Source: Fonticula alba ATCC 38817 (taxonomy: Eukaryota > Protista > Nucleariida). Taken from it: a stretch of 9,664 nt of DNA. The DNA is taken from the NCBI GenBank assembly GCA_000388065.2, contig KB932207.1; one strand, given 5' to 3'. Position numbers and translations under genes: made by a program. Positions 7,180 to 9,664 of the stretch are shown here, in pieces; the stretch's first letter is position 1, and each line of letters begins with the position of its first letter. A model generated the notes under the pieces. The model did no database searches and had not been told where the DNA came from. It saw only the letters and a list, made by a program, of their open reading frames with translations.

Positions 7180-7596
7180 CTGGGCAGCAGGCGGGAGGGG
7201 GGGGGGAGGGGGCAAATACCAACATCACCGCGCAGCCGTGCATTCGCGAGGGGACGAGGACACGCGTGTCAGCGCGTCGCGCGGGCCCGAATAGAACGGG
7301 AGCACAGGGGGGGGAGAGAGGAGCAGGGGGATGGCTGTGCGCATGCATTTCCCAACGCCGGTGTCCAGGGCGGGGGGGGGGGGGAGGAAGGGGGACCGAA
7401 CAGGCGCGGCGGTCTGGGTGATTAATTGTGGGCCTGGTGGGTGGGCGGGGTGGCGGCGGTGGCGGCGGCGGCGAGATACGATCGCGAGGTCAGTGTCATC
7501 CTCGGCATCCCCTGGGGGGCTGGGGCGCGACCGACGGGGCCGTCGGGGTGTCGCGCGGACAGAGAAAAAAGGACTCCCATTCAGCCGGTCTCTGAA

Positions 7597-7617
7597 GGGG
7601 GGGGGGGGGGGGGGGGG
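7597..7617. repeat. G21 homopolymer
   Basis: Read directly. Confidence 0.95.
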
Positions 7618-7761
7618 TTGTGGCCAGGACCAAGCCGCCGGGTGTTGGGGCCGTGAGGCGGGCCCCCAGCCGGGTGCGAGAGGGGGACGCGGACACTCGC
7701 GCCAAACGCACCAGGGTGATGGAGGGACGCACACCCGTCAGATAGCCCTCCCGCGATCTTG

Positions 7762-7764
<3 letters not shown>

Positions 7765-7794
<30 letters not shown>
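7765..7794. repeat. (TG)15 microsatellite
   Basis: Read directly. Confidence 0.95.
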
Positions 7795-7796
<2 letters not shown>

Positions 7797-8924
7797 GCAC
7801 ACCGCCGCCGGGGGCGCGCCTGCTGGCGTCTGCCGGCCTGGGCGACATATGCACATTTGTCCCTCCGGCCCGGCCGGCTTGCCGAGCCCCCGCCCCCCCC
7901 CTCCCCCCCCTCCCCCGGGGGGCGCATGGCGCTTATGTGGCGGAGTAGCGCGGTGATGGCGATACGGCCGGCGGTGATGGCGACGATGATGGCATGCCCC
8001 GGGTGTGTGGGTGCACATCTGCGGTGCCGACCACCGCCGCAGCTGGGGGACGAAAGTCCGGCCAGCGGTCCGAGAGCCGGAGGTCGTGCGCCTGCTCTCG
8101 GCCCCCCCTCTACGGCCCCTCGGCTGTCTGCGTGTGTGCGTGCGTACATGTGCGTGTGTGCGTGTGCAGGCGCGAGCGGACATGGCCTCAAGCCGATTGG
8201 TCGAGGTTGTGGGATTAACTATCTCGCGGCAGGATGGGGCCCCTCGGCGGCTCTCCTCGCGCCCCCCCCCCCTCCCAAAGGCAGAGTGCCAGGTCGCCCT
8301 TGGGCGTGAACCGCCTCGAGAAGGGGCGGTGCTCGGGCGAGGAAGAGGGGGGCTCCCGCCCGCCGGCAGGGAGGGCCCGGTCTGGCATCCTCCCCTGGGG
8401 AGGCCGCCGGACTCGGGCAGGGGGCGGGGGGTCAAGGGGGCGCGGATTAATTCATGCATCCTGGCCGCGGCGCCCGCGGCTCCGTGAGAAATGGCCTTCA
8501 CCGGCGCGTCCGGAGCCCGGGGAGGGCGCGCGGCGCGGCCTCGGCGATCTTTGCATGCGCACACGCGTGCATCATGACGTTGCCGGTTAATCGCCCTGGC
8601 CGGCGGAGGCGGGAGAGGGTCCTGTGCGCGGGGGGGAAAAAAGGTGGCCCCTCCCCCCGCGCCCTTGCAGCCGGCCGGGAGGGGCCGAGCCTCCACGTAT
8701 GGCGTGTCACAGGAACCTCCGTGGCGAAGCGTGAGGAAGAGCTCTCTCCCTCCCCAGCGAGGCGCGATGGATCTGCACCGGCGACCGCCCATGCGGTGGG
8801 GCAGGCCGGCCGGAGCTGGCCGCCCGCTCGGGGGCCCCCGGGGTGGCTGGAGTCGATCGCGCGCTCTTGCCCTGCCTGCGGAGAAGCAGGGGCACACGTC
8901 GGCGCCGACCCCCTTTCATCGGGG

Positions 8925-8950
8925 TGTGTGTGTGTGTGTGTGCGTGTGTG
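8925..8950. repeat. (TG)9 microsatellite with an imperfect extension
   Basis: Read directly. Confidence 0.9.
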
Positions 8951-9333
8951 AGCATCTCGGCCGGAGGGACAGACAGAGAGCGGGAGAGAGGCCGGGAGCG
9001 GACCGACTGGCGCGTCTTGCTGTGCCGTTAATTTTGTGCCAGCCCTCCCCTTGCCCCGCCCGGACTGGGCCTCGTCAGCATGGGGAGGCCCAGGGGCTCG
9101 GGGGTGCATGCCCCCCCCCCCCCGGCGCTGGGCGTCCGCCCGCCGGTTCCCGGGCCGGCGTCCTGGCGGACCTGGGAGCTGGGCCACAACCCGGCTTGGC
9201 CGGTCCCGGCGGCCGCCCTCCGACCCCGAGGGAAAGGGCACCGAGGGAAAGGGCACCGACTCCCGTCGGCACAGGCTCCACCTGATGCCGGCCTCCCGGT
9301 GCCCGGCCTGGGCACTGGTGCGGCAGTGTGTCT

Positions 9334-9353
9334 CGCGCGCGCGCGCGCGCGCG
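9334..9353. repeat. (CG)10 dinucleotide repeat, extended by CT/AG to a 24-bp palindrome (9332-9355)
   Basis: Read directly. Confidence 0.95.
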
Positions 9354-9664
9354 AGGCCGCGCCGCGCCCCGGAGAGGGAGCCCCCGGCGTAGCGGCCACC
9401 GAGCCACGTCAGAGCAGCCGCCTGGCGGGCCGCCGGCCCGAACCCCCCTCGCCGGGCCGGGGGGCGCGCCGCCGCCCCAGGGGGCGATCTCCTGCGTGCC
9501 TCCGGGCGCGAGCTCCCGCCCTGTGTCCGGGGACGTGTGTATATGAAAGCGCGCACGCACGCGCGCCCAGGTGCGGCCTGCGTGCGGGGCACGGGGAGGA
9601 GGCCGGCTGGCGGGCCCGCCCCCGCGCCGCCCGCTCCCCGGCCCAAGCGCGCACACAGTACGGC

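Noticed and set aside
7212-7265. ARLRGDVGI on the - strand resembling the SxRGDxI motif of mu exon 1
   Set aside because: The frame is closed by an upstream TGA, has no ATG and no GTRYG donor; three-residue matches are expected by chance.
7525-7556. Interrupted GC hairpin (GCGCGAC/GTCGCGC, CCGACG/CGTCGG)
   Set aside because: Short stems of this kind are expected at about 70% GC, and no tRNA or snoRNA features surround it.
7733-7763. Mini-exon TKIAGGLSDG plus T|GTGCGT as the missing AP-4 mu first exon (phase would give Y-RGDVVK)
   Set aside because: The phase fits, but the peptide does not resemble the conserved mu N-terminus (MIxQxFILSxRGD) and there is no Met.
7931-8018. Possible - strand terminal exon (D)VHPHTRGMPSSSPSPPAVSPSPRYSAT* after GCAG
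   Set aside because: No upstream exons or homology were found, and the local C-run polarity favours the + strand.
9226-9259. 15-bp tandem duplication CCGAGGGAAAGGGCA x2
   Set aside because: Simple slippage-type duplication with no associated element; not distinguishable from background.
7581-9646. Long ORFs 7581-8897 (-), 8498-9646 (-), 8644-9285 (+) and 9075-9656 (+)
   Set aside because: Composition is R/G/P/A typical of random GC-rich frames, they cross CA/CG repeats, and they show no domain motifs or consistent exon structure.

Overview
Eukaryotic, very GC-rich (roughly 70% by eye) scaffold segment with spliceosomal introns, many C/G homopolymers and CA/TG microsatellites, and two 10-N gaps. 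The six-frame ORF track is mostly GC-driven noise, so genes were rebuilt exon by exon from protein motifs and GT..AG sites. Four genes are supported. (1) An intronless + strand mitochondrial RsfS/Iojap/MALSU1-family gene (186-1361). (2) A 4-exon - strand BAR-only Rvs161/Hob3/BIN3 gene, 266 aa (2141-3428). (3) A 3-exon + strand 64-aa cytochrome bc1 subunit 9 (QCR9/UQCR10) gene that the ORF track only touches (4621-5125). (4) An AP-4 adaptor mu subunit present as two pieces in the wrong order: the C-terminal mu-homology exons (7179->5661) lie upstream of the N-terminal longin exons (4551->3930), with QCR9 between them. The N-terminal piece sits on a 741-bp contig bounded by both gaps, so mis-scaffolding is the most likely explanation, although a split or trans-spliced gene cannot be excluded from sequence alone. 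Other notable patterns are a GTRYG donor consensus at all 11 donors, sense-strand C-runs in introns, a 202-nt purine tract, Z-DNA-type repeats and a clustered RTTAAY motif. No gene could be recognised in ~7200-9664. The combination of a fungal-like Rvs161 with AP-4 suggests a non-Dikarya holomycotan such as a Fonticula-like protist (inference only). I see no convincing novel biological system, and no RNA gene, CRISPR array or mobile element.
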